In this document: positions 51,804 to 64,000 of the stretch, in pieces
How the letters are laid out: the number at the start of each line of letters is the position of its first letter
Numbering within the stretch: position 1 is the stretch's first letter
Assembly (NCBI GenBank): GCA_012295275.1
Contig: CM022671.1
Span: 17,980,001-18,044,000 of the forward strand
Length of the DNA: 64,000 bases
DNA from: Chrysomallon squamiferum
Taxonomy: Eukaryota; Animalia; Mollusca
Direction: 5' to 3'
Made by a program: the position numbers and the translations under genes
The notes under the pieces: model-generated
What the model saw: only the letters and a program-made list of their open reading frames with translations
Told to the model about the DNA's origin: nothing
Databases searched by the model: none

Positions 51804-53188
51804 AATTACTGATGTCTCTAAACAAAATATCTCTGGCTGAATATTAAAAACATAGCAATAATTTATCTGCCAAAGATGCATGGATAAACTATAGTAAGGT
51901 AACGCATTTTTTAAATGAGCATTTTTCTATAAAATACTACATGCAATTTTATACATTTGATTTGCCTTTTTCATAATTAGTATCACAAATAATTGATACT
52001 AGATTTAGTTTATTTTTATTATTATAAATGGCTTAATTTTAAAGTCATAGCTATAATTTAAAAAAATAAATTAAATGAAATAAATTATTAGATAAGCCAT
52101 ATAACAGTGTTGCCATTTTTTTTAATCCAAGTTTTTTTATATAAAAAAAAAATAAATTTAAAAATGTTTTTATTTAATGGATAATTTTAATATGCCTTAG
52201 AATAAATAAGTGTAGATTTAGTGTATTCTAATTATTAGTGGTTGTTGTACTAGTAAGATGTTTAAACATAATGTGATGTTTTGTCAAGTGATCTCATTTT
52301 TATGTTTTTATGATATCAAGATGTATATATCATAACTGTGTAGTGTGGTGTTGTGAATTATAATTACAACATAGTCAAGCTGTCACTGCCAAATTAATTT
52401 TTTTGAAATCAAAATAAAATAGGTCATTGCTATATTTATTTATTTATTTTTTTATATTGATTAGTTAAATTTTATTTTTTCTGTTCCCTTTTTAATTCTT
52501 TTTCTAAAAGAAAATATGAATAATAGATTTTAAAAGCTCATTCAGTTTATATTTTGAATTTTTCTCTCTGACGATTACCTCAGTTTTTTAAAAGCAATAA
52601 AATTTAACATTCCTCTGAATGTATGTACCTTTTTATTTTATCTGTATGTATATGTATTATATATGAGTGTTTGTATGTATGTATGTATGTATATATGTGT
52701 ATATACACACATACACACATACACATACATACATACACACAAACACTTGGCTGTTTGAACAAATTATCTCCCTTGACGTGAAACTTTTAAAAAAATTCTT
52801 TATTTCAAAATATACATTTCCCTCCATTTTGAAAATACGTATATGTTATAAATGGTGACACTTTCATTTTTATCTTTGTACTTAATGCAGTTTACTGTGC
52901 AATAAATTAATAGATTGCATAAACATTTTGTATGTGGAATAATTATGCATTTGATTCAAATTCATGTACTTAAACACACACACAAAACACACATTCACAC
53001 ACTTATATACAGCTTATAAGTATCATCATCACAATCTATTTCGTATACCAACTGAAGATCCCATATTCAAAATTGCAAAATCTTATGCAATCAGATGATA
53101 TGCTGGTATCATAATATTTTGGTTTGTTTAGCATGTATAAATTTATATGAAGCACATAGAATTTTGTAAACTAATATATGAAAATACC

Positions 53189-53333
53189 TACAGGGTATTA
53201 TCTGAGTTGCATATGAAATGTAAATGGATTTGAATCCTATTTCCAGGCTACCTCTTTATATACCAAAATCTGATAAAATTCTGAAATCCAAAACGGAGCC
53301 AAAGCATTCTGGATTAGGGATCTGCAGGCTGTA
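53189..53333. mobile_element. pogo/Tigger-type (MER2-like) MITE remnant
   Basis: ccaaaatctgataaaattctgaaatccaaaac..aagcattctggattagggat..ctg|ta resembles the recalled MER2 3' end; flanked by TA-CAG and CTG-TA. Confidence 0.45.
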
Positions 53334-53526
53334 TGTTTTAACAAGAAATTATGTGTTGTTGATAATGATAGTTCATGTTGGATGTAATGAAATAATAATT
53401 ATGAACCTCATTAAGGTAGGAGATTGATTTATTTATAACATTTCGTAAACAATGCAGATTAAAAGAATTAATTGTAATGTCATATTATCATGTATCTAAC
53501 CCAGCTATTCTTAATCAACACATGCA

Positions 53527-53568
<42 letters not shown>

Positions 53569-56408
53569 ATATTTACACAAGCATTTCATTATATTTTATT
53601 TAATTTTTAATATTACATTACATTTTATATATGTAAAATTTTATGTATATCTATGATAAAACTACCTCAATTTATTTTTATCTTTAAATTTAATTTATAT
53701 GTTAAATATTTCTTATTTTAATAATATTGAATGTTTGTAGCAAATGTTGAGTGTATTTAGTTTCAGCTTGTTTTTTGTTTTTCTCGGTCATTCCATGTCC
53801 AAAATAAAAATAAGTAAAAGGGAAAAAAAGGAAAATGGAAAATTATGACATGTGTGACTTTGATTTTAAAAATTGGTATATGCTTGTTTTTTTCTTTTTT
53901 TTTGGACTGTAGTGCCTAAATAGAAAATTTTATCTTCACCAAACCAATACTTTTTTTTTTTTTAAATATGACCCTTTGAAATTTGTTGTCAAAATAGGCA
54001 TGGCCATCCATCTTTAGATACAAAACTATTGGTTGAATTGTCTAGAAATGGGATGATTTACAGAAAAAAGAGAAAATTCTAGTATTTTTCTAGTCATTAT
54101 ATGAAAGGAATTAGTATTGTAGCTAAACCTTTTTATTTTATAAAACAGATAAATGATGCTAATATTTCAGCAGGATGTGAAATAATATCTGTACTGACAT
54201 TTTAAGAAAGAAATTTCCCATTTTGATACATGAGACACTTTTTCATCAGGTATATGTTTTCTCACCCTACAAAGTGTATTTAGCACTGGCTAAAATTTCA
54301 CTACCTACAGTTAGGTCAAACTACTAGTACTATAGCTGCTAGAACATTTATACAATTGTATCCAATTTAAAAAAAAAAAAAAAAAAAAAAAACCTGTCTA
54401 GAAGTGTATTAATTTATACATTTATAACAATTTCATTTTTTCCTTTGTTTTTTATTTTAAGTATATGTGTTACGCCTTTGTTCTGAAAATAAAGAAATCC
54501 AGGTGAATTCTGGTCATGCTTTTTTGCCCATTAAATGGTCAGTATTTGTTTTCATTAAATTATAAATAATTTATTGTCTGGTACATGTACAGAATGGATG
54601 TACGGTATGTTTTGTTAGAATTTTAGTGCTTTGTTGAATTCTGTTTTAATTTCACTGTATAGCACTATGTAATAAATAAATCCAGGTTAATATGCAATAT
54701 TTATTTAACTCTACATTTATGTTAGTTTAGAAGTTACCAGTAACCAAAGATATTTATTTATCTTTCAATAAATTGATGCAAATTACCTGTTTATAATTTA
54801 TGTTTTAGTTAACTTTTAAGAGAAGTGGTTAAGTATGTTTGTTGTGTTCAGGATTATACAGAATATAAAATGAAAAAAAAAAAAAATGTGTATTTTTTTT
54901 TTTTAAATATTTGTAGTAATATGTATAAGATGTTTAGTTGTTTCAATGATCAAAAATAATATATCTCTTTTTTTTCCTTTCATTTTTTTTTTTTTTTTTT
55001 TATTAAATAACGCACAGAAAAATTATATTTATCAAGCTCCTAAACTAATTGCAAAACTCGTGTTTTGGATAAAGTTTGACTTTGTTTAGTGGATTTGAGG
55101 ATTTTTTTTTTGTTGTTTTTGGGGGGTTTATTTGGGTTTTTTTGTTAGGAGGAAGGAGGAATTGTCATAATTTAGTTCCACTTCCCAGCAACTTGTAAAA
55201 CCAACTGTAAAAGTCTAACTCAGTGATAGATAATACACTGATTTACTGAATATGTTAACTATAAATCTAAAAGAATTTTAAGTTATTACAGGACTGGTTT
55301 GTATGGATTAGGTTTCTTTAGGATTTATTCGTGTTTATGTTGTTGTTAAAACATGAAAAAAACATAACAAGTTAGGCAATTAGTATAGAAGCTCAATGAT
55401 TTTCTTGTTTAAGGTGTATCTTCTCCTTTCATTGTCAGATAATATTGATGTGTTTGTGTTGTGTTTTTACACAAGTCAGAGTCAGTGATAGTATGTATTT
55501 TAATTCTTATAAAATCATGAATGAAATTCTTTTACACAGATTGTTCTTTGTTTTGTTTTGTTTACTCATTTATTTGTAATAGACACACACACCTTTACAT
55601 AAATACAGCATTCAATTTATATACTTAACAGAATTAAATTAATATGAAACAACTCTCTCTCTCTCTCTCTCTCTCGCTATGTCATTTAAAATAAACGTTT
55701 GTGTATGTGAAATTCACATTATACCAACTTCCAGTATTCAGATAAAATATTCTGAAAAATATTAGTATAAAACAAATAGGAAAAGAGAAATGCATAAAGT
55801 GACAAGTGGATCAGGCCTTCATACACATAATTGGGGAGTTGAGATTCACACATACCCAGCTGTTATAACTATAAGCAATATAATAAAAATCATTATATAA
55901 ATCATAAAAATCAATGAGCCATATTCAGTTAAACTTTGAAAATAATGTTTAAAAAAAAAAAAAATGAACTTTTTTTTTTTTTTTTTTTTTATATATATAA
56001 ATGTTAAAATTTTCACTCATTTATTTATTTACTGACACCAAAAACCAAAAATAACCGAATAAATAAATTGAATCGTATTCCTATATAAATGTTAAATTTA
56101 ATTCATTTACTTATTTACTGACATACCTAAAAAAAATCTGTTTATAGAACTGTTTAAAAACAAAATAGGACAATATTCTATTGTTAATTATTACATCAAA
56201 ACAAGAAATGAAGTCTTCTTGTTACGTGCGCATTTTCCATTATAAAATGTGTTGGGGGGGTGTGTGTGTGTGTGTGTGTGGATTCTAAAATGGAAGAATT
56301 AAACCAAACGTCCAACTTTTCGTTAAATGAGTTTGGTTCGTTGTCATTATTATTTTTATTTTCAATTTTCAATTTTGTAATTTTTAAACAGTTTTAAATA
56401 TTTATTTA

Positions 56409-56411
<3 letters not shown>

Positions 56412-56492
<81 letters not shown>
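56412..56492. repeat. (ATT)n microsatellite
   Basis: Directly visible. Confidence 0.95.
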
Positions 56493-56494
<2 letters not shown>

Positions 56495-56941
56495 ATGTAA
56501 GAAAGTAAACAGCTTTGACATTTTTAACATTCGAGAATAATAAATTCAGTTCCCGTGTTTGAGATTTATGTAGCTGTAAGGTTATGTAAAATAAACAGAA
56601 ATCATTGAATTATCTCTATATTCGAACATACTTGTGCATTCAAATGCAGTGTTCTATTTCACTATAACCGTACGCCGTTTATTTGTTTTGCATAAAATCG
56701 AAGTAGGCCTAAACTTGTGTGATAAATGATTGTAATTATAATGCAGTCCTTCATTTTAAAGCATTTTTTTTTTTCAGTTCTTCATATCGCCATTTAAAAA
56801 AAAATAATAATAAAAAAAAAAAAAAAGGTCTTTTGAATCTATACCGGTATAGTCACCTTTAATAATCAGTTGTAGTTTGCCCCAAGTTACGATAATCAAT
56901 ACGGTCAACCGTAAAGCGACGACAATGAACACACAACTTAC

Positions 56942-57082
56942 ATCCGTTATAACCAGTGCAGTCCGGGGTGTTGTAGTACAGTTTTCATTGTTGGTGCACT
57001 CAAGGATTTTGGTATCATGTTTCGAAAATTCATTTGAAGACGTCTCGTTACTGACAGAGAATTCACCAGACCCGAACTGTGC
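56942..57082 (-). other. candidate isolated 141-nt exon (phase 0-0)
   Basis: tag|GCA...GAT|gtaagt with an open frame AQFGSGEFSVSNETSSNEFSKHDTKILECTNNENCTTTPRTALVITD. No partner exons identified. Confidence 0.35.
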
Positions 57083-57198
57083 CTAGTTTCAACACAAAGT
57101 CTAACAAGGCGGTTGCTTAGGATTTAAAGAGGGGTAGTGGTGGTCTCTTTTTAGTTGCAGTAATCCTTTGTCGACATATTTAGATTTTTAATATTCTC

Positions 57199-57201
<3 letters not shown>

Positions 57202-57287
<86 letters not shown>
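57202..57287. repeat. (AG)n microsatellite
   Basis: Directly visible. Confidence 0.97.
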
Positions 57288-57292
<5 letters not shown>

Positions 57293-57340
57293 ATATATAT
57301 ATATATATTTTTTATTATTATAATTTTTGTATTTATTTAT

Positions 57341-57374
<34 letters not shown>

Positions 57375-59657
57375 TAAACATTACCATCTTCTTACACCTT
57401 TGATTGACAATTGCCTAAAGATTGATAATTGCTTTCTGCCTATGGGAAGGTATGCGAATATGAACTCTTACTGCTAATGGAAAACGAGAAGGTCAACAAT
57501 TCGGCAATAACTTATTTCTTCTTTCATTTCCTACTTACTCCTAAACCAATATCGGCAAAGTGATCGATGGGACTATACCAAGAGTTTGTTAAATGTCAAT
57601 GAATCAATAAACTAAAACCGGATCGATTATGGTAGTGAATTTACTGGTATAAAAAAAAAAAAAAAAAAAAACAAAACTTATTTACCGTTAAATAGAGAAA
57701 TGTATTATTGATAATATTTATTTATTTATTTTACATAATGAGATATCAAGGATTTCATGAAGAGGTCGATGGTTGAAAAAGTTTTTCGACATCTGTCCTA
57801 AACAATTTGCATGACGATATAAAACCTAACAATAAAAAAGATACGTCGTGATTAAATAAAACATTTTCTTTTTCCCCTTCTCTCCACTCCTAAAAAAAGT
57901 AAGCATATACTCAACAGCTATGAATTAATTTTAATGCTAAATATGAATCTGACATATTACAAGATAAATATCTTGTTGAATTAGATGATTTTTTTGGAGA
58001 TAAGCCCACGCATAACGTGAATCCTTTTTATTTTAAGAGAAACACTTGACAGTTAATTTATCAGTATTTACTATCGTGACTTACCTCGGATTAAGTGTTA
58101 CCTGCCTACGATAATATTTACCTGTTAAAAACAACTTGTTGAACTCATTAACTGGTATTCTTTGTTAACTTCTTCAGGTGTAACTAGGAGTCGGGTTTCA
58201 TTTCTGGAATTGCCTGGAGCCATAATTAGCCTTTACACAAATAATCCCGTTGATCGCCGTAATCCCATCTTAATTTCATAGTGTTCTGCATTGAATTGCA
58301 GATCTGTTTGACTCAATAGAAATGTATTACAGTTAAACAAATTGGAATATACTAAATTTTTTATTATTATCAAATAGCATAGGCTAAATAAGGAGATGTA
58401 TTAGAATCTGAAAACGTCTATAGAGGATTACTGCAAAACTTTTAATCGAGACCCGTTATAAAGAGAAGCTTATTTTGATTAAAATCCCGTATTTCGTGTG
58501 CAAAGACAAATGTACGCATGTACACACACGTACAGAGAACAGTATCAACAACTATTTTAAAAAATATAATTGCTTTTGAATTTAGTTTAGTTTTTCAAAC
58601 GTTATATTCTTGTTTTGTTTTGTTTCATTTTTGGGGGGAGTTGTTTTTTGGGGGGTTTGTTTGTCGTTTTATTGTTGTTGTTTTTTCGCTTATTTTCTGA
58701 CTTTGTTCATTTAAAATTATTAATGTTAATCTTCATTACAAAACGAAATCGCAGAACGAAATATTAAATGACAACGGACATTCAATTCTTTGAGACACAA
58801 ATTAAATAAATAAATAAATAAATAACAAGCACCGAATAAAACTGGAGATGCGGATTCTTGGCTTATATTCAAGGATATACTGTAATGGTTAAGTTTGTTT
58901 GTTTTGGGGGTTTTACATAAAAACACCAATAAAACTTTTATCGATTTAACGTAAAACATTTAGTCATTTATATATAATAGTCATCGGAGAAAACAGCAGC
59001 ATTTTCCATTGTCATCAAGCGGGGTTTTTTTTAGGCATCTTCCTAGACACATATAGATTTGATAATCATTTGTTTGTGAAGTGGTTGGAATGACAAAGAG
59101 CACAGAGACAAAGCCTGATCCTGTTTCTAAACACCTGTGAAAAACCTTCTCGTACAATTATGTTACTAAATAAAATATTGATTTCTATTTTATTAAAAAG
59201 TTTTGAACTGCTAAAGTAAAATAAAAATATAAAAAACTGTATAAGATGTAGTTTTAATTACAACAATATTACTTTACCGCACACATATAATTATATATAT
59301 ATACATATAAAAAAAAAAAAAAAAAAAAAAAATACATTTAATATAAGATAACTTTAAAGCTAGATCTAAATAAAAGCAAAAGAAACCTTTTTTTTTCTTT
59401 TGACGTAAATCTGAACTGGAATCTTCCGAGATATTTTATCTTCGAATATAATATTTAGACCGCATTGCATGATTTAACACCAAGCCGAATATAATATCCT
59501 ACATAAATCTGGACATCAAGCTTTGAATTGTTATTCCAGTAAGGGAAAAAACACTGAAGATATCATAAATCACATTTCATAGTCATCTGTAATTAATAGT
59601 TGGCAGTGGTGTTTGTGTGTATGTTTTATATCAAAGATTGACGATAATGATTCCCTG

Positions 59658-60392
59658 TTAACTGGGTCCGTTCTGGGTAAGAAATACTGAAGGTAAAGTC
59701 AAGTCACTTCGTGGCACCACTTTGCTCTCGCTGTCTGAATTCCACGCCACAGTTTCTGACGAAGGTTTTGGCTGATTCATGGTCACTGCTATTGGAGGCA
59801 GGATCAGTTGCGCTGTTGAACGTTTGCTTCTTGCCTGGCGCCCCGCTGGGTCTGACTTGGAGCTGTGACGGTCGCGTTTTCGTCGGACGGACTGCAACAG
59901 CGCTGACGTCGATTTCCCCCTGTCAAACAATTCCGGTGGCTTGCGATATTCAAGTAATTTTTTAGCAGCTTTGCGTCTGCGACAGGACGGTGTGTTTTCT
60001 TTGATCCTCTTTTCTATCATGGCTTGAATTGCCTCATTGTTGCCGGTAAGGCCGGGCACGTACAGCAAGTCTTTTTCGGAGTCTAAGTCACAAGACTGTC
60101 TGGCGAGATCGTCGAGGACTTGTTTGTACGCTATATGTTCTTTTAAGTTCTGTCTGTGCTGATTGCCTTCGGCTAAAAGTTTCCTTTCGAAAATTCTCCT
60201 AGCTGCCTCAATTTGCTTCTGCTCGAATTCGAACCTGGCATCCTGCGATTTGTTCAGCACTTCAGTTTCGCTAGATCGGGCAGCGCACTGCCTTTGGAGA
60301 GCCTCCACTCTCGATTCCACGAAAAATGTGCCGTGAAACTCGTCAAAGATCACGCGTCGTGATCGCATCGTGGTGCTGACGTCTTTAGCCAT
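59658..60392 (-). CDS. intronless uncharacterised 244-aa protein (coiled-coil N-half, basic disordered C-half)
   Basis: Long ORF with much higher GC and CpG than its flanks, start context agaATGG, normal amino-acid complexity; family not recognised. Confidence 0.85.
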   Translation of the reverse strand: MAKDVSTTMRSRRVIFDEFHGTFFVESRVEALQRQCAARSSETEVLNKSQDARFEFEQKQIEAARRIFERKLLAEGNQHRQNLKEHIAYKQVLDDLARQSCDLDSEKDLLYVPGLTGNNEAIQAMIEKRIKENTPSCRRRKAAKKLLEYRKPPELFDRGKSTSALLQSVRRKRDRHSSKSDPAGRQARSKRSTAQLILPPIAVTMNQPKPSSETVAWNSDSESKVVPRSDLTLPSVFLTQNGPS

Positions 60393-61551
60393 TCTGGACC
60401 GAGTGTCTCCGTTTTATATACACACTACATTTTGACAGGTGCGTGTTCGCATTAGTCGATTTTAAAAAAGGTCGTTTTGATCCAGTAAACACAACACGTT
60501 CCTAGGCATTCAGACACCGGACGTGTTTGTTGAATGAACAATATACTCACTTAGTTTTTGTGTTCTTGATTTACAGCCATTGTCCTAGCATTTTAAGAGG
60601 GTTTTTTTTTTTTTTTTTGTCTCAAACCAGTAATGAACTGCGCTATATCACTTTGCTGCCGACGGCTCTGGTGAATGATTACATTTCAGTTCAGATTTGT
60701 TTTCCCCTCCCCTTTATATCACTGAATAAAAAGTAGACCCACTGCATTTAATACCGTTAGTATTCGCCATTTAAAACTGTTTTATGTCTGCGTACTTTAA
60801 AGCTCGCTCGAATGGGTTTAATTATTTGGCTAAAATGTGCCCTCCTGGCAGTTTGTGTATATACGTACAGATTATGGTATCAGAAACCAGTACTATGTCT
60901 ATCGATACCTTTTATATATTTAACACATCGCTGCACAAGTTCAATACTGTTGTTTATTCAGACCGTATAAAAAGAAAAACTACTAAACGATTATTGATCG
61001 TCCTGTGGAAAGTTTAATAAGAACAACATGAACTTTTTTTTTTTTTGTATTTGTTTACGTGTATAACACGACATCCGACAGATTTTGTAATTGCATAACA
61101 ATAAAAGAATATTAACTAAATAGGGTCTTGTACGGAAAGTGAAATATCACACTGTGGAGATTATATTAAGCACTGTCACAGCTAAAAAATAATAAAAAAA
61201 TAAAAAATAAAATAAAAAAATTTCACTTTGATTAATAATTATAAATATACACAAAAGTTACTTATTCTTTTTTCTTTCTTTATTATTTTATTTATCTTAT
61301 TTTGTTTTGTTTTATTTTATTTTATTTTATTTTATTTTGTTTTATTTTTGTTTTATTTTATTATTATTTTATATATATATATATATATATATAGTTTTAC
61401 TACATGTCTGTCATTTTATTATTTTCCGAAGACCAAGAGGTTCGTAAAACATTCCCTTCAGAGTGTGACAGAGAGATTTCTAAAACGTGGATCGTCACTG
61501 ACTGTGAATACCATCTGGATAGTTTATTGAAGTCTGTATTCATTTAAGGGT

Positions 61552-61558
61552 GTGTCTG

Positions 61559-61600
<42 letters not shown>
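61552..61600. repeat. (GT)n microsatellite
   Basis: Directly visible. Confidence 0.95.
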
Positions 61601-61601
<1 letters not shown>

Positions 61602-62514
61602 CATATATATATAAATTTTTTAGACAAAAAACATAAAATATAAAATAAAAAATCATACCATTAGGCCAAAATGTACCTTAATACTTTAAAAATAACCGGA
61701 TCTTTGTATATCTTGAAATAACAAAAACGACATATTTTCATATCGGCTTAATCCATCTTAAATTTAAACAAGTCTGCACATAATTCTTGCGCAATAACAT
61801 TAACTTTAGCTAAAATGTAAACACGTTTCCATTGAATTTATTGATGTTAGCATTAGGACTTGCTCGTATTTAGACGAATTTCAATGCAGTACACTTTTCG
61901 TAGTATTAGTGCTGGCTTACATTTAAGCACGTTTCAATGCAATTCATACAGAGTGGAATTAGTTTTTGCTCATATTTAAACACGGGTCAGAACAGTCACA
62001 AAAATTCAACAGTACGATCAGTGGCGTTACTAAGGTAACAGAGACCGTGAGCTCTTTCTGTTTCTGTTAAACTTGACTGGTATTTCTGACTCGATTTTTC
62101 TGATAAAGCTTTCTGAAAGATGGATGTCAGATATTTTTATAATTAAAACCTTGAAAAAGGGTATCAACAAATCCAAATGTTTTCTTTAATTTCTTTAAAT
62201 GTTAATTAGATGCTCTGTACCGAAAGTGTACAGTTGTCCAGAATGATTAATATTCAAATATGAATTATCCCGTATTAGTGACTTTTAGGTGGGGATCTGT
62301 TAACTCATTACGTGACTCACAGTACAATTTAAGGTACAGTTTATGGCACAAAGATGGCCACTGCATGCCTGATTAAAAAGGAAAAGAAGAAAAAAGAAGA
62401 AACACGAATGAGAAGACAAATCTATCTTTCAACTTCGCCGATTTTTTTATACTAATTATACGAATAAAAGTTATTTTTGTTTTTAATTTACTCCAATTTT
62501 GTTGTTTTGTGTGT

Positions 62515-62525
62515 TGCTGTTGTTG

Positions 62526-62572
<47 letters not shown>
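62515..62572. repeat. (GTT)n/(ATT)n microsatellite
   Basis: Directly visible. Confidence 0.95.
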
Positions 62573-62574
<2 letters not shown>

Positions 62575-63822
62575 ACCCAATCATAAACTTTAATGACGTA
62601 TTTTTATATTATATTATTAGTATTAATATTATTGTTGCTGTTAAAGGTTAAATGGATAATAAAATGTTTCTCGTTAAATTTTTCATTTCATTTTTTTGTT
62701 AATTAATTATTTTGTTTGTTTGTTTGTTTGTTTGTTTTATTTCGTTTTATTTCATATCATTTTATTTTATTATAATTTATTTTCATTTATTTTTATCTGG
62801 TTCCAAAATACACGGGAGTGATTACATCATAAACAGCGTATTTGATTGTGTTTGAAGACGGTTTAATATTGGACCTAAAGTATATACGTGTTGCTATGAT
62901 TACATGGGCTAACTTTTTATTGCAAATTTAATAAAATTAAAAGCTGACTGAATACAAGCAAGTGATGCCATTATAGGATATCATCAGTCTTTTTATTATT
63001 ATTAATTAATTAATTAATTAATTAATTAATTTATTTATTTCGAGTAGCCTTATGTCTAAATTAACTACTATTCTGAAGCAATCAAATGAATAACCCACAA
63101 TCATTATTGTATTCCGACATTGCATAGATGTTATTAGGTAATTTGTCTATATGTTGTTGTTGTTGTTTTTTTGTTTTAAAAAAAAAAAATTATTATTATT
63201 ATTTTTTAATTTCCCATAACGTAACAGATGCAGCCGTAAATATGGAAAATGGCGGCTCTCGTGATATTGCTAAATAGCAATTTTACTTATAGTCGTTTCA
63301 TTGTATACTGTTTCATTAGCACAGAAAGAAATATAGCTGAAAGATGGATTTATAAACAGCGTATTTAAGGCAGATAAAGGCTTATCCTTATGTTTGTAAA
63401 AGAAAGTATATTGTTAAATGTTGACAAAGAACAATTCCGTCATAAAAACCGGAGAACAATACAGAGAATGTTCTCTACGACGTTTTGAGAGTAAAAAACA
63501 AAGAAGTTAGAAACAAACAAACACAGTGAATCACCATCTATCATTAAACTAATACGTTCTCAAGGAATTTCATCAATTTTTAAATAAAAACAAACAATTT
63601 TTTATATTTTTTATTTTATTTTAAATATAAATATAAAGAAAGAAACATTAAATTAAATAAATAAACAAAAGAAAATACGTTCCCTTCTTCAAAAAAAAAC
63701 AAACAAAAACAATTATAACAGCAAATAAAACAAAACATATATACACTTTTTTTGTTATTTCGAACAATTCCTTGCCCAAATAAAACTTCCATGTTCTTAT
63801 TGCAGTTTGTTCAACGCGATGT

Positions 63823-63999
63823 TTAAATAACGTTGTAAACAACCGAAGCACGGGACTGACGAGTGCGAAGCAAGTCGGTCTGTTGGCTTTTAAAGAGTTT
63901 CTGGTAATAGCTCACTGAATATATGACCTGATGAATTTTCTCTTCTTCGATGGATGGCAAAGCTTCTTTACCTTCGTCCTGCTTTATGTTGTACAGGTT
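63823..63999 (-). CDS. C-terminal end of an unidentified gene entering from the right edge
   Basis: Frame open from the window edge for 58 codons: NLYNIKQDEGKEALPSIEEEKIHQVIYSVSYYQKLFKSQQTDLLRTRQSRASVVYNVI*; GC higher than flanks. Confidence 0.6.
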   Translation of the reverse strand, partial: NLYNIKQDEGKEALPSIEEEKIHQVIYSVSYYQKLFKSQQTDLLRTRQSRASVVYNVI

Positions 64000-64000
64000 T

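Noticed and set aside
59711-59965. 84-aa plus-strand ORF
   Set aside because: Antisense shadow of the GC-rich 244-aa gene with a non-ATG start.

Overview
This is AT-rich, intron-containing animal DNA, probably a gastropod mollusc (inferred from composition and repeat types), not a prokaryote. Reading splice sites by hand gives this gene order: the first coding exon of a probable RXYLT1/TMEM5 (-, 17128-16972; the rest lies beyond the left edge), head-to-head with THUMPD3 (+, 9 exons); XPC (+, 21 coding exons); two mitochondrial microprotein genes in tandem on the - strand, SMIM4/UQCC5 and, only 146 nt downstream, BRAWNIN/UQCC6 (absent from the ORF track); TDG (+, head-to-head with SMIM4); an intronless 244-aa orphan ORF (-); and the C-terminus of an unknown gene at the right edge. 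The most notable features are a sloth1-sloth2-like SMIM4-BRAWNIN bicistron sharing a bidirectional promoter with TDG, a tandem array of copies of TDG's last splice acceptor that mostly lead to an immediate stop, a TDG polyQ tail with repeated VKxE..GY motifs, a 14-nt THUMPD3 microexon, and a sharp CpG-poor/CpG-rich mosaic. Homolog comparisons are from memory; no search was run.
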